From contig JAUCBJ010008363.1 of the NCBI GenBank assembly GCA_032718475.1, positions 248,001 to 312,000 on the forward strand: a stretch of 64,000 nucleotides of DNA, given 5' to 3'. The number at the start of each line of letters is the position of its first letter. The stretch's first letter is position 1. Positions 1 to 12,000 of the stretch are shown in pieces. The notes under the pieces were generated by a model, which did not search any database, was not told the origin of the DNA, and saw only the letters and a program-made list of their open reading frames with translations. This DNA comes from Nemertoderma westbladi (lineage: Eukaryota > Animalia > Xenacoelomorpha). Position numbers and translations under genes: made by a program.

Positions 1-1567
1 AGTAGCCTATCTCCCTGTTAATATTGTTGTGTTCTAGAATATTTATTATAGTTTCATCATATTGCCAAAGCGGCTGGAGACGAAGTTAATATGTGATACA
101 ATAATTCACCTCAAATGTCTTAGCTATTTCATGAACATAATGAAGTATTAAAGCCATGTCAAATTCGTTGGGGTTTTTCAGCAATAATTTTTAAAATATC
201 TTCTGATTTTTTTCAAAAACCACATCGATTTTCATATTTATAACTGCTAACCCACTCCACGAGATAGAGAATCTTAAACGAAAGTTATAAGAACAGGTAA
301 CACTTTCATTTATAGAATTAATCAGCTGTTATTTGCTTCGTCTTTCCCCAGGAGATGGATGAAATTTGATTGCGTCGGAACACCCCCTTTTTGAGCCTCA
401 CAGAGTGGAGAAAAAAGTAGCCTATCTACCTGTTAATATTGTTGTGTTCTAGAATATTTATTATAGTTTCATCGTATTGCCAAAGCGGCTGGAGCCAAAG
501 TTAATATGTAATGCAATAATTCACCTCAAATATCTCAGCTAGTTCATGAATATAATGAGTATTAAATCCTTGACAAAATCCTTGGTGTTTTTCAGCAATA
601 ATTTATTAAAATCTCCTCAGATTTTTTTCAAAAACCACATCGATTTTCATATTTATAACTTCTAACCCACGCCATGAGATAGATAATCTTAAACGAAAGT
701 CATAAGAACAGGTAACACTTTCATTTATAGAAGTAATCAGCTGTTATTTGCTTCGTCTTTCCCCAGGAGATGGATGAAATTTGATTGCGTCGGAACACCC
801 CTTTTTAGAGGCTCTCAGAGTGGAGAGAAAAGTAGCCTATCTCCCTGTTAATATTGTTGTGTTCTAGAATTTTTATTATAGTTTCATCGTATTGCCAAAG
901 CGGCTGGAGCCGAAATTAATATGTAATGCAATAATTCACCTCAAATTTCTCAGCTATTTCATGAATATAATGAGTATTAAAGCCATGTCAAAATCCTTGG
1001 GGTTTTTCAGCAATAATTTATCAAAATATCCTCTGATTTTTTTCAAAAACCACATCGATTTTCATATTTATAACTTCTAACCCACTCCACGAGATAGATA
1101 ATCTTAAACGAAAGTCATAAGAACAGGTAACACTTACATTTATAGAAGTAATCAGCTGTTATTTGCTTCGTCTTTCCCCAGGAGATGGATGAATTTTGAT
1201 TGCGTCAGAACACCCCCTTTTTGAGGCTCTCAGAGTGAAGAGATAAGTAGCATATTTCCCTGTTAATATTGTTCTGTTGTAGAATATTTATTATAGCTTC
1301 ATCTTTATTGCTAATGTGGCTGGAGCTAAAGTTATTATGTAATGCAATAATTCACCTCAAATATCTCAGTTTTTGTATGAATATAATAAAGTATTAAAGC
1401 CATGTCAAAATCCTTGGGGTTTTTCAGCAATAATTTATCAAAATATCCTTAGATTTTTTACAAAAAACGACATCGATTTTCATATTTATAACTTCTAACC
1501 CACTCCATGAGATAGAGAATCTTAAACGAAAGTCATAAGAACAGGTAACACTTACATTTATAGAAGT
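1..1567. repeat. ~416-bp tandem satellite DNA, segment 1
   Basis: Landmarks such as TTGCCAAAGCGGCTGGAG, GAACAGGTAACAC and TTCTAGAA recur every 415-417 bp. The array runs off the left edge of the window. Confidence 0.98.
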
Positions 1568-1594
1568 TGTTACGGTATATGGCGCTGTATCCAT

Positions 1595-1692
1595 AATATT
1601 AGTCATCATGCAGTATGCAATATTAGTCCGTTATGCAGTATGCAATATTAGTCCGTTATACTGTACGTAATATTAGTCCGTTGTGCAGCATG
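1595..1692 (+). repeat. ~25-bp minisatellite, about 4 copies, at the start of the solo LTR
   Basis: AATATTAGTCCGTTATGCAGTATGC-like units in tandem. Confidence 0.85.
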
Positions 1693-2000
1693 ATATTTTA
1701 GATAAGGCATAATAACGCAGTGGTATTTAGGTAGGGAAATCAAAACGCCCATATATTTGAAACCATCCATTTTGTATAGTATGTAGCCCTACCTACGTAA
1801 TTTTGTATTAGGTTATATGTAGATAGTTCCAGGGTAAGTTTATTCGGACCCTGGATTCAGTGCTTGCTGATATTAACTTTAGTAGGGCTAGCATATAGGG
1901 ACGCTGTCCTGGCCATTCAGCAGCCAGAGACGTGAACCATTACCATATATGGTAATAATTCGAGGAAGGGAAGCAAATAGGGCTACAATCCGGCCTCCTT

Positions 2001-2108
2001 ATTGGACTAGCTGCTTCCAGGTTGGTCTAGTGCTAGCACGGACTGGAGAGCCAATAGGAGAGCGATTGAGTCACCCTATTGCATCATCCCATCCGGATCA
2101 CCTATAAA
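2001..2108 (+). promoter_or_regulatory. Candidate LTR Pol II promoter (CCAAT boxes and TATA box)
   Basis: ATTGG at 2001-2005, CCAAT at 2051-2055 and TATAAA at 2103-2108, in the sense orientation of the LTR. Motif evidence only. Confidence 0.45.
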
Positions 2109-3719
2109 TTGGCGGTGTGCCGGTAAAGCCTCATATTCTACTCATCACATGACACCTAGCCCTAGCACCTGTCTTGCTGTTTTTTCTTGATATTTTCTGC
2201 AATTTGCTAATTTGATTAATTTTCGTGAAATGATTTGCTAGTGCGATTACTTGCTTGTGTTTCTCAATAATTCCTTTGATTGCTGCTAATTACAATTGAA
2301 CTATGATTTCTACCTTTGATTAATGGTTCTATGTGATTCTTTCTGCGCAATAATCCTAAGGGATTCTGAGACTGTCAGACTTTGTGATTTGCATGCGCCG
2401 CTACGGTAGCTATTAGCATCATGGAGAGCTAAGGTGCCAGTGGGCGGTGGGCGCATCGGGGGGTTGAGCGACTAGGAGAGAGCGGAGGATTCAAAGCGAG
2501 CAACGCTGGCCAGGGTCACCGTTGCGGGCGGGTAACTTGCACTGCGGCACGCAGACCGATCGCCGGTACAGCAAATTAGGGGGCTGATGATCCAGATTTT
2601 GTCTCTATTTAGTATTAGGGGGGCAGGAATTGGGTTAGTTAGGAGTCCTAGATGTACCTGGGAGAGGCCTGCGCGTATTACAACGTTGAGTGTGGAGTAC
2701 GAGTAGTGAATTGCACAATTGTAAACTGTGATTTCTAACGCTGATTGGTGTGTTATTGAAGTGTGCCTAAGATTACGAATGCTTAGATAGGCGCTCTTTT
2801 CCTTTGATTGATTTCTATTTCTTAGTTACAATAATTAGTTATTGATTAGGTCAAAGTAATACGGCAAATTAGGCTATTACTAGCGAAACCTGTTGCGTGA
2901 TAAATTAGAATTACGTATTCTGGAACTCTTAGTAATTAGTACGCTGTTAAATATTTGTGACTGTAATTAATTAGTAAAAAATTAAGAATTAGTACGCAGC
3001 ATAGCGGAGAGTAGCTAAGGTAATAATTAGTGTACTGTAAACTATTCACGCTGAGCGGTTATTTGCATTAGCGGGCAATCAGCTAGAACGCACTATTCGG
3101 TACGCACGATACGCTAGTAATTTTGCTGGCCTAAAGCCAGTCGCGGGCAGTTTTAGACCCGGGGTGGTATTATCCACGTAGAAACAGATACTGTACCGTT
3201 TTGATATTTTAAATATTCTCGCATTCACACATTACGTTAGGGAACCTCCAGTATTCGCGATTAGAAAGACGTAGGTAATAGCGTGCTTTAATAAGTGATA
3301 GAATTAGGCGTAAGAATACTCTGAGTGCAAGGCCTCTCGCACTCGTCTTAAGTAAGCTTAGGGAGCCGACTCGGGTTTATTGTTTTGGTTATTCCCGCGT
3401 GGCTCATAGATTCGAACAGTTAGCTCTCTATCGAGCGATCGGTAGAGAAAGGAACAAGCGATTTTGCAGGAGTTGTGTAAAATTAGTAAAATATATTAGT
3501 GGACGGCAGATTAGCGCCATCTAACGGTAAGTAGCGGTTTTGTATTTAGCAACCCTTACAATTTAGTAATAGCACGCTCCTGATCCCCTTTACTTAACAG
3601 TAGAGCAGTCTTCGTGTCTTATTGGTTAGGCGGGAACTTATTAGGTTGGCAGAGAAGTATACCAGTATTTGTCTGTTCAACAGTTCTGCTGTTAGTATAG
3701 AGGTCGCGGTTGTTTATCA

Positions 3720-6700
3720 GAAGTAATCAGCTGTTCTTTGCTTCGTCTTTCCCCTGGAGATGGATGAATTTTGATTGCGTCGGAACACCCCCTTTCTGAG
3801 GCTCTCAGAGTGAAGAGAAAAGTAGCCTATCTCCCTGTTAATATTGTTGTGTTCTAGAATATTTATTATAGTTTCATCGTATTGCCAAAGCGGCTGGAGC
3901 CAAAGTTAATATGTAATGCAATAATTAACCTCAAATTTCTCAGCTATTTCATGAATATAATGAGCATTAAAGCCATGTCAAAATCCTTGGTGTTTTTCAG
4001 CAATAATTTATCAAAATATCCTCTGATTTTTTTCAAAAACCACATCGATTTTCATATTTATAACTTCTAACCCACTCCACGAGATAGATAATCTTAAACG
4101 AAAGTCATAAGAACAGGTAACACTTACATTTATAGAAGTAATCAGCTGTTCTTTGCTTCGTCTTTCCCATGGAGATGGATGAATTTTGATTGCGTCGGAA
4201 CACCCCCTTTCTGAGGCTCTCAGAGTGAAGAGATAAGTAGCCTATCTCCCTGTTAATATTGTTGTGTTCTAGAATATTTATTATAGTTCCATCGTATTGC
4301 CAAAGCGGCTGGAGCCAAAGTTAATATGTAATACAATAATTCACCTCAAATTTCTCAGCTATTTCATGAATATAATGAGTATTAAAGCCATGTCAAAATC
4401 CTTGGGGTTTTTCAGCAATAATTTATCAAAATGTCCTCTGATTTTTTTCAAAAACCACATCGATTTTCATATTTATAACTTCTAACCCACTCCACGAGAT
4501 AGGGAATCTTAAACGAAAGTCATAAGAACAGGTAACACTTTCATTTATAGAAGTAATCAGCTGTTATTTGCTTCGTCTTTCCCCAGGAGATGGATGAAAT
4601 TTGATTGCGTCGGAACACCCCCTTTTTGAGGCTCTCAGAGTGGAGAGAAAAGTAGCCTATTACCCTGTAAATATTTTTGTGTTCTAGAATATTTATTATA
4701 GTTTCATCGTATTGCCAAAGCGGCTGGAGCCGAAATTAAAATGTAATGCAATAATTCACCTCAAATATCTCAGCTATTTCATGAATATAATGAGTATTAA
4801 ATCCTTGTCAAAATCCTTGGTGTTTTTCAGCAATAATTTATTAAAATCTCTTTTGATTTTTTACAAAAAACGACATCGATTTTCATATTTATAACTTTTA
4901 ACCCACTCCAAGAGATAGACAATCTTAAACGAAAGTCAAAAGAACAGGTAACACTTACATTTATAGAAGTAATCAGCTATTCTTTGCTTCGCCTTTCCTC
5001 TGGAGATGGATGAATTTTGATTCCGTCGGAACACCCCCTTTTTGAGGCTCTAAGAGTGAAGAGATAAGTAGCCTATTTCCGTGTTAATATTGTTCTGTTG
5101 TACAATATTTATTATAGTTTCATCGTATTGCCAAAGCGGCTGGAGCCGAAGTTAATATGTGATACAATAATTAACCTCAAATTTCTCAGCTATTTCATGA
5201 ATATAATGAGTATTAAAGCCATGTCAAAATCCTTGGGGTTTTTCAGCAATAATTTATCAAAATATCCTCTGATTTTTTTCAAAAACCACATCGATTTTCA
5301 TATTTATAACTTCTAACCCACTCCATGAGATAGAGAATCTTAAATGAAAGTCAAAAGAACAGGTAACACTGGTAACACAGTGAAGATATAAGTAGCTAAT
5401 CTCCCTGTTAATATTGTTGTGTTCTAGAATATTTATTATAGTTTCATCGTATTGCCAAAGAGACTGGAGCTGAAGTTAATATTTAATGCAACAATTCACC
5501 TCAAGTATCTCAGCTATTTCATGAACATAATGAAGTATTAAAGACATGTCAAAATCCTTGGTGTTTTTCAGCAATAATTAATCATAATATCCTTTGATTT
5601 TTTTCAAAAACCACATCGATTTTCATATTCATGACTTCTATCCCAGTCCACAAGATAAAGAATCTTAAACGAAAGTCAAAAAACAGGTAACACTTACATT
5701 AGAAGTAATCAGCTGTTATTTGCTTCGTCTTTCCCCTGGAGGTGGTTAAATTTTGATTGTGTCAAAACACCCCTCCCAATCTGTGGCTGTTTGAGTGGAG
5801 AGATAAGTAGCATATCTCCCTGTCAATCTTGTTGTGGTCTAGAATATTTATTATAGTTTCATCGTATTGCCAAAGCGGCTGGAGCCAAGGTTAATATGTA
5901 ATGCAATAATTCACCTCAAATATCTCAGCTATTTCATGAATATAATGAGTATTAAATCCTTGTCATAATCCTTGGTGTTTTTCAGCAATAATTTATTAAA
6001 ATATCCTCAGATTTTTTACAAAAAACGACATCGATTTTCATATTTATAACTTCTAACCCACTCCACGAGATAGAGAATCTTAAACGAAAGTTATAAGAAT
6101 AGGTAACACTTTCATTTATAGAATTAATCAGCTGTTATTTGCTTCGTCTTTCCCCAGGAGATGGATGAAATTTGATTGCGTCGGAACACCCCCTTTTTGA
6201 GCCTCACAGAGTGGAGAGAAAAGTAGCCTATCTCCCTGTTAATATTGTTGTGTTCTAGAATATTTATTATAGTTTCATCGTATTGCCAAAGCGGCTGGAG
6301 CCAAAGTTAATATGTAATGCAATAATTCACCTCAAATATCTCAGCTAGTTCATGAATATAATGAGTATTAAATCCTTGACAAAATCCTTGGTGTTTTTCA
6401 GCAATAATTTATTAAAATCTCCTCAGATTTTTTTCAAAAACCACATCGATTTTCATATTTATAACTTCTAACCCACGCCATGAGATAGATAATCTTAAAC
6501 GAAAGTCATAAGTACAGGTAACACTTTCATTTATAGAAGTAATCAGCTGTTATTTGCTTCGTCTTTCCCCAGGAGATGGATGAATTTTGATTGCGTCGGA
6601 ACACCCCCTTTCTGAGGCTCTCAGAGTGAAGAGATAAGTAGCCTATTTCCCTGTTAATATTGTTCTGTTGTAGAATATTTATTATAGCTTCATCTTTATT

Positions 6701-8038
6701 GCTAATGTGGCTGGAGTTAAAGTTATTATGTAATGCAATAATTCACCTCAAATATCTCAGTTTTTGTATGAATATAATAAAGTATTAAAGCCATGTCAAA
6801 GTCCTTGGGTTTTTTCAGCAATAATTTATCAAAATATCCTTAGATTTTTTACAAAAAACGACATCGATTTTCATATTTATAACTTCTAACCCACTCCACG
6901 AGATAGAGAATCTTAAACGAAAGTCATAAGAACAGGTAACACTTTCATTTATAGAAGTAATCAGCTGTTTTTTGCTTCGTCTTTCCCCTGGAGATGGATG
7001 AATTTTGATTGCGTCGGAACACCCCCTTTTTGAGGCTCTCAGAGTGAAGAGATAAGTAGCCTATCTCCCTGTTAATATTGTTGTATTCTAGAATATTTAT
7101 TATAGTTTCATCGTATTGCCAAAGCGGCTGGAGCCGAAGTTAATATGTGATACAATAATTCACCTCAAATATCTCAGTTTTTTCATGAATATAATAAAGT
7201 ATTAAAGCCATGTCAAAATCCTTGGGGTTTTTCAGCAATAATTTATCAAAATATCCTCAGATTTTTTACAAAAAACGACATCGATTTTCATATTTATAAC
7301 TTCTAACCCACTCCACGAGATAGAGAATCTTAAACGAAAGTCATAAGAACAGGTAACACTTTCATTTATAGAAGTAATCAGCTGTTCTTTGCTTCGTCTT
7401 TCCCCTGGAGATGGATGAATTTTGATTGCGTCGGAACACCCCCTTTTTGAGGCTCTCAGAGTGAAGAGATAAGTAGCCTATCTCCCTGTTAATATTGTTG
7501 TATTCTAGAATATTTATTATAGTTTCATCGTATTGCCAAAGCGGCTGGAGCCGAAGTTAATATGTGATACAATAATTCACCTCAAATATCTCAGTTTTTT
7601 CATGAATATAATAAAGTATTAAAGCCATGTCAAAATCCTTGGGGTTTTTCAGCAATAATTTATCAAAATATCCTCAGATTTTTTACAAAAAACGACATCG
7701 ATTTTCATATTTATAACTTCTAACCCACTCCACGAGATAGAGAATCTTAAACGAAAGTCATAAGAACAGGTAACACTTACATTTATAGAAGTAATCAGCT
7801 GTTCTTTGCTTCGTCTTTCCCATGGAGATGGATGAATTTTGATTGCGTCGGAACACCCCCTTTCTGAGGCTCTCAGAGTGAAGAGATAAGTAGCCTATCT
7901 CCCTGTTAATATTGTTGTGTTCTAGAATATTTATTATAGTTTCATCGTATTGCCAAAGCGGCTGGAGCCAAAGTTAATATGTAATACAATAATTCACCTC
8001 AAATTTCTCAGCTATTTCATGAATATAATGAGTATTAA
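3720..8038. repeat. ~416-bp satellite, segment 2
   Basis: The landmark recurs at 3882, 4297, 4712 and 5128. Includes a 324-bp deletion monomer (5128 to 5452). Confidence 0.98.
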
Positions 8039-9048
8039 CCCTATCCAACCTGGGTGTTGGCGTTTTCCGCCAACATTTTATAATGCTGTGAATATGAGAA
8101 TATATTTAAGGGCTATGCACTTGAGAATTGTTGACTTTTCCTAAAATTTATGATGAATCTCGTAGTGTCATTTATTTTTTTGTGCGATTTTTAGTTTTTT
8201 TGCAAATGAGATTTTGTCAAAGGGAAGTCGAGAATGTTATCCAAATTTACTAAAATAATTCTTGGTGCTGTCACAATATTCCTAACTTCTTAATTAATGT
8301 GATTCTGGTTGGCCAATGCCTTAGCCTTGGCACCCAATCAAATACCAAACTATTCAACCAGTTTTACCTGCCAGACATATATTATTGAATTGAATTAAAT
8401 TACAAGTGAAGGCAGATAAGGCATTGTGTTTGTTTACCTCATGCTGAAATTGAGATACCTAAAACACAGCTGGATAGAAAACTGGGTTGAGATCTGCAGC
8501 CAAATTATTATCTAAGGATGTATTGAATTAAGTCACCAGGAGTCTGAAACTGCCTCAAGCAAATTAGCAAATTAGGTTGGCTTCCCAGGTTGCTGTTGCA
8601 GCATGAAGACAAGCTAATATTGTCTGACCACTTTATTCCAATTATGTACCAATCTTTGTAGTAGTGTAAAGAATAGCCCCCAGCCATCTGTCCTTTACTA
8701 GACTATAATATGAAACACTAAACCCAACATCTCATACAAGGTAGGAGGAGGGAGTAATTTGGTAAAGATAGGCAAATAGCAAGATGCATGTAACTCTTTC
8801 CATTGAAACTATATGATATATTTTTTAAATAGTGCACTCTAATTAATTATTTAAATATTGGATAGTTAGCCATAATATTTTACATTAATTTAAAATCCAC
8901 TATATGCTCCATATATGTGTCTGTGTCCATGCGAAAACGCAACTAAATTTGAACCTTTCTACCTTATTCAAAATGTATTCAAAATTGTTGGCAGAAAACG
9001 CCAACACCCAGGTTGAATCTCGGATAGATTAGCCCAGGTTGAATAGGG
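8039..9048. mobile_element. Non-autonomous piggyBac-like DNA transposon A (1010 bp)
   Basis: TTAA TSD at 8035-8038 and 9049-9052. 16-bp terminal inverted repeats (TIRs) CCCTATCCAACCTGGG / CCCAGGTTGAATAGGG with 1 mismatch. Subterminal inverted repeat TGTTGGCGTTTTCYGCCAACA at both ends. No transposase ORF. Confidence 0.9.
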
Positions 9049-12000
9049 TTAAAGCCATGTCAAAATCCTTGGGGTTTTTCAGCAATAATTTATCAAAATA
9101 TCCTCTGATTTTTTTTAAAAACCACATCGATTTTCATATTTATAACTTCTAACCCACTCCACGAGATAGGGAATCTTAAACGAAAGTCATAAGAACAGGT
9201 AACACTTTCATTTATAGAAGTAATCAGCTGTTATTTGCTTCGTCTTTCCCCAGGAGATGGATGAAATTTGATTGCGTCGGAACACCCCCTTTTTGAGGCT
9301 CTCAGAGTGGAGAGAAAAGTAGCCTATTACCCTGTAAATATTTTTGTGTTCTAGAATATTTATTATAGTTTCATCGTATTGCCAAAGCGGCTGGAGCCGA
9401 AATTAAAATGTAATGCAATAATTCACCTCAAATATCTCAGCTATTTCATAAATATAATGAGTATTAAATCCTTGTCAAAATCCTTGGTGTTTTTCAGCAA
9501 TAATTTATTAAAATCTCTTTTGATTTTTTACAAAAAACGACATCGATTTTCATATTTATAACTTCTAACCCACTCCAAGAGATAGAGAATCTTAAACGAA
9601 AGTCATAAGAACAGGTAACACTTACATTTATAGAAGTAATCAGCTATTCTTTGCTTCGTCTTTCCCCTGGAGATGGATGAATTTTGATTCCGTCGGAACA
9701 CCCCCTTTTTGAGGCTCTAAGAGTGAAGAGATAAGTAGCCTATTTCCGTGTTAATATTGTTCTGTTGTACAATATTTATTATAGTTTCATCGTATTGCCA
9801 AAGCGGCTGGAGCCAAAGTTAATATGTGATACAATAATTCACCTCAAATTTCTCAGCTATTTCATGAATATAATGAGTATTAAAGCCATGTCAAAATCCT
9901 TGGGGTTTTTCAGCAATAATTTATCAAAATATCCTCTGATTTATTTCAAAAACCACATCGATTTTCATATTTATAACTTCTAACCCACTCCACGAGATAG
10001 ATAATCTTAAACGAAAGTCATAAGAACAGGTAACACTTTCATTTATAGAAGTAATCAGCTGTTATTTGCCTCGTCTTTCCCCAGGAGATGGATGAATTTT
10101 GATTGCGTCAGAACACCCCCTTTTTGAGGCTCTCAGAGTGAAGAGATAAGTAGCCTATTTCCCTGTTAATATTGTTCTGTTGTAGAATATTTATTATTGC
10201 TTCATCTTTATTGCTAATGTGGCTGGAGTTAAAGTTATTATGTAATGCAATAATTCCCCTCAAATATCTCAGTTTTTTCATGAATATAATAAAGTATTAA
10301 AGCCATGTCAAAATCCTTGGGGTTTTTCAGCAATAATTTATCAAAATATCCTCAGATTTTTTACAAAAAACGACATCGATTTTCATATTTATAACTTCTA
10401 ACCCACTCCACGAGATAGAGAATCTTAAACAAAAGTCATAAGAACAGGTAACACTTACATTTATAGAAGTAATCAGCTGTTCTTTGCTTCGTCTTTCCCC
10501 TGGAGATCGATGAATTTTGATTGCGTCGGAACACCCCCTTTTTGAGGCTCTCAGAGTGAAGAGATAAGTAGCCTATCTCCCTGTTAATATTTTTGTGTTC
10601 TAGAATATTTATTATAGTTTCATCGTATTGCCAAAGCGGCTGGAGCCGAAATTAAAATGTAATGCAATAATTCACCTCAAATATCTCAGCTATTTCATGA
10701 ATATAATGAGTATTAAATCCTTGTCAAAATCCTTGATGTTTTTCAGCAACAATTTATTAAAATCTCTTTTGATTTTTTACAAAAAACGACATCGATTTTC
10801 ATATTTATAACTTCTAACCCACTCCAAGAGATAGACAATCTTAAACGAAAGTCAAAAGAACAGGTAACACTTACATTTATAGAAGTAATCAGCTATTCTT
10901 TGCTTCGCCTTTCCTCTGGAGATGGATGAATTTTGATTCCGTTGGAACACCCCCTTTTTGAGGCTCTAAGAGTGAAGAGATAAGTAGCCTATTTCCGTGT
11001 TAATATTGTTCTGTTGTACAATATTTATTATAGTTTCATCGTATTGCCAAAGCGGCTGGAGCCGAAGTTAATATGTGATACAATAATTAACCTCAAATTT
11101 CTCAGCTATTTCATGAATATAATGAGTATTAAAGCCATGTCAAAATCCTTGGTATTTTTCTGCAATAATTTATCAAAATATCCTCTGATTTTTTTCAAAA
11201 ACCACATCGATTTTCATATTTATAACTTCTAACCCACTCCATGAGATAGAGAATCTTAAATGAAAGTCAAAAGAACAGGTAACACTGGTAACACAGTGAA
11301 GATATAAGTAGCCAATCTCCCTGTTAATATTGTTGTGTTCTAGAATATTTATTATAGTTTCATCGTATTGCCAAAGAGACTGGAGCTGAAGTTAATATAT
11401 AATGCAACAATTCACCTCAAGTATCTCAGCTATTTCATGAACATAATGAAGTATTAAAGACATGTCAAAATCCTTGGTGTTTTTCAGCAATAATTAATCA
11501 TAATATCCATTGATTTTTTTCAAAAACCACATCGATTTTCATATTCATGACTTCTATCCCAGTCCACAAGATAAAGAATCTTAAACGAAAGTCAAAAAAC
11601 AGGTAACACTTACATTAGAAGTAATCAGCTGTTATTTGCTTCGTCTTTCCCCTGGAGGTGGTTAAATTTTGATTGTGTCAAAACACCCCTCCCAATCTGT
11701 GGCTGTCTGAGTGGAGAGATAAGTAGCCTATCTCCCTGTCAATCTTGTTTTGGTCTAGAATATTTATTATAGTTTCATCGCATTGCCAAAGCGGCTGGAG
11801 CCAAGGTTAATATGTAATGCAATAATTCACCTCAAATATCTCAGCTATTTCATGAATATAATGAGTATTAAATCCTTGTCATAATCCTTGGTGTTTTTCA
11901 GCAATAATTTATTAAAATATCCTCAGATTTTTTACAAAAAACGACATCGATTTTAATATTCATGACTTCTAACCCACTCCATGAGATAGAGAATCTTAAA

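Larger units (their letters stand above)
1568..3719 (+). mobile_element. Solo LTR (2152 bp), BEL/Pao-related family
   Basis: Starts TGTTA and ends TATCA. GAAGT is duplicated at 1563-1567 and 3720-3724 but single in normal monomers. No long ORF. About 2675-3600 aligns by eye, in reverse complement, to ~52370-53259 of the BEL element, and the first ~40 bp match the reverse complement of 40321-40358. Confidence 0.9.

Noticed and set aside
1124-1181. Intron-like CAG/GTAA...TCTTTCCCCAG in the monomer
   Set aside because: The AG is replaced by TG in many monomers and the flanks form no conserved exon frame. It would need RNA evidence.
10937-10953. CENP-B box-like TTCCGTTGGAACACCCC in some monomers
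   Set aside because: Only the CGTTGGAA part resembles the box. The essential TTCG and CGGG positions are missing, and most monomers read TGCGTCGGAA.
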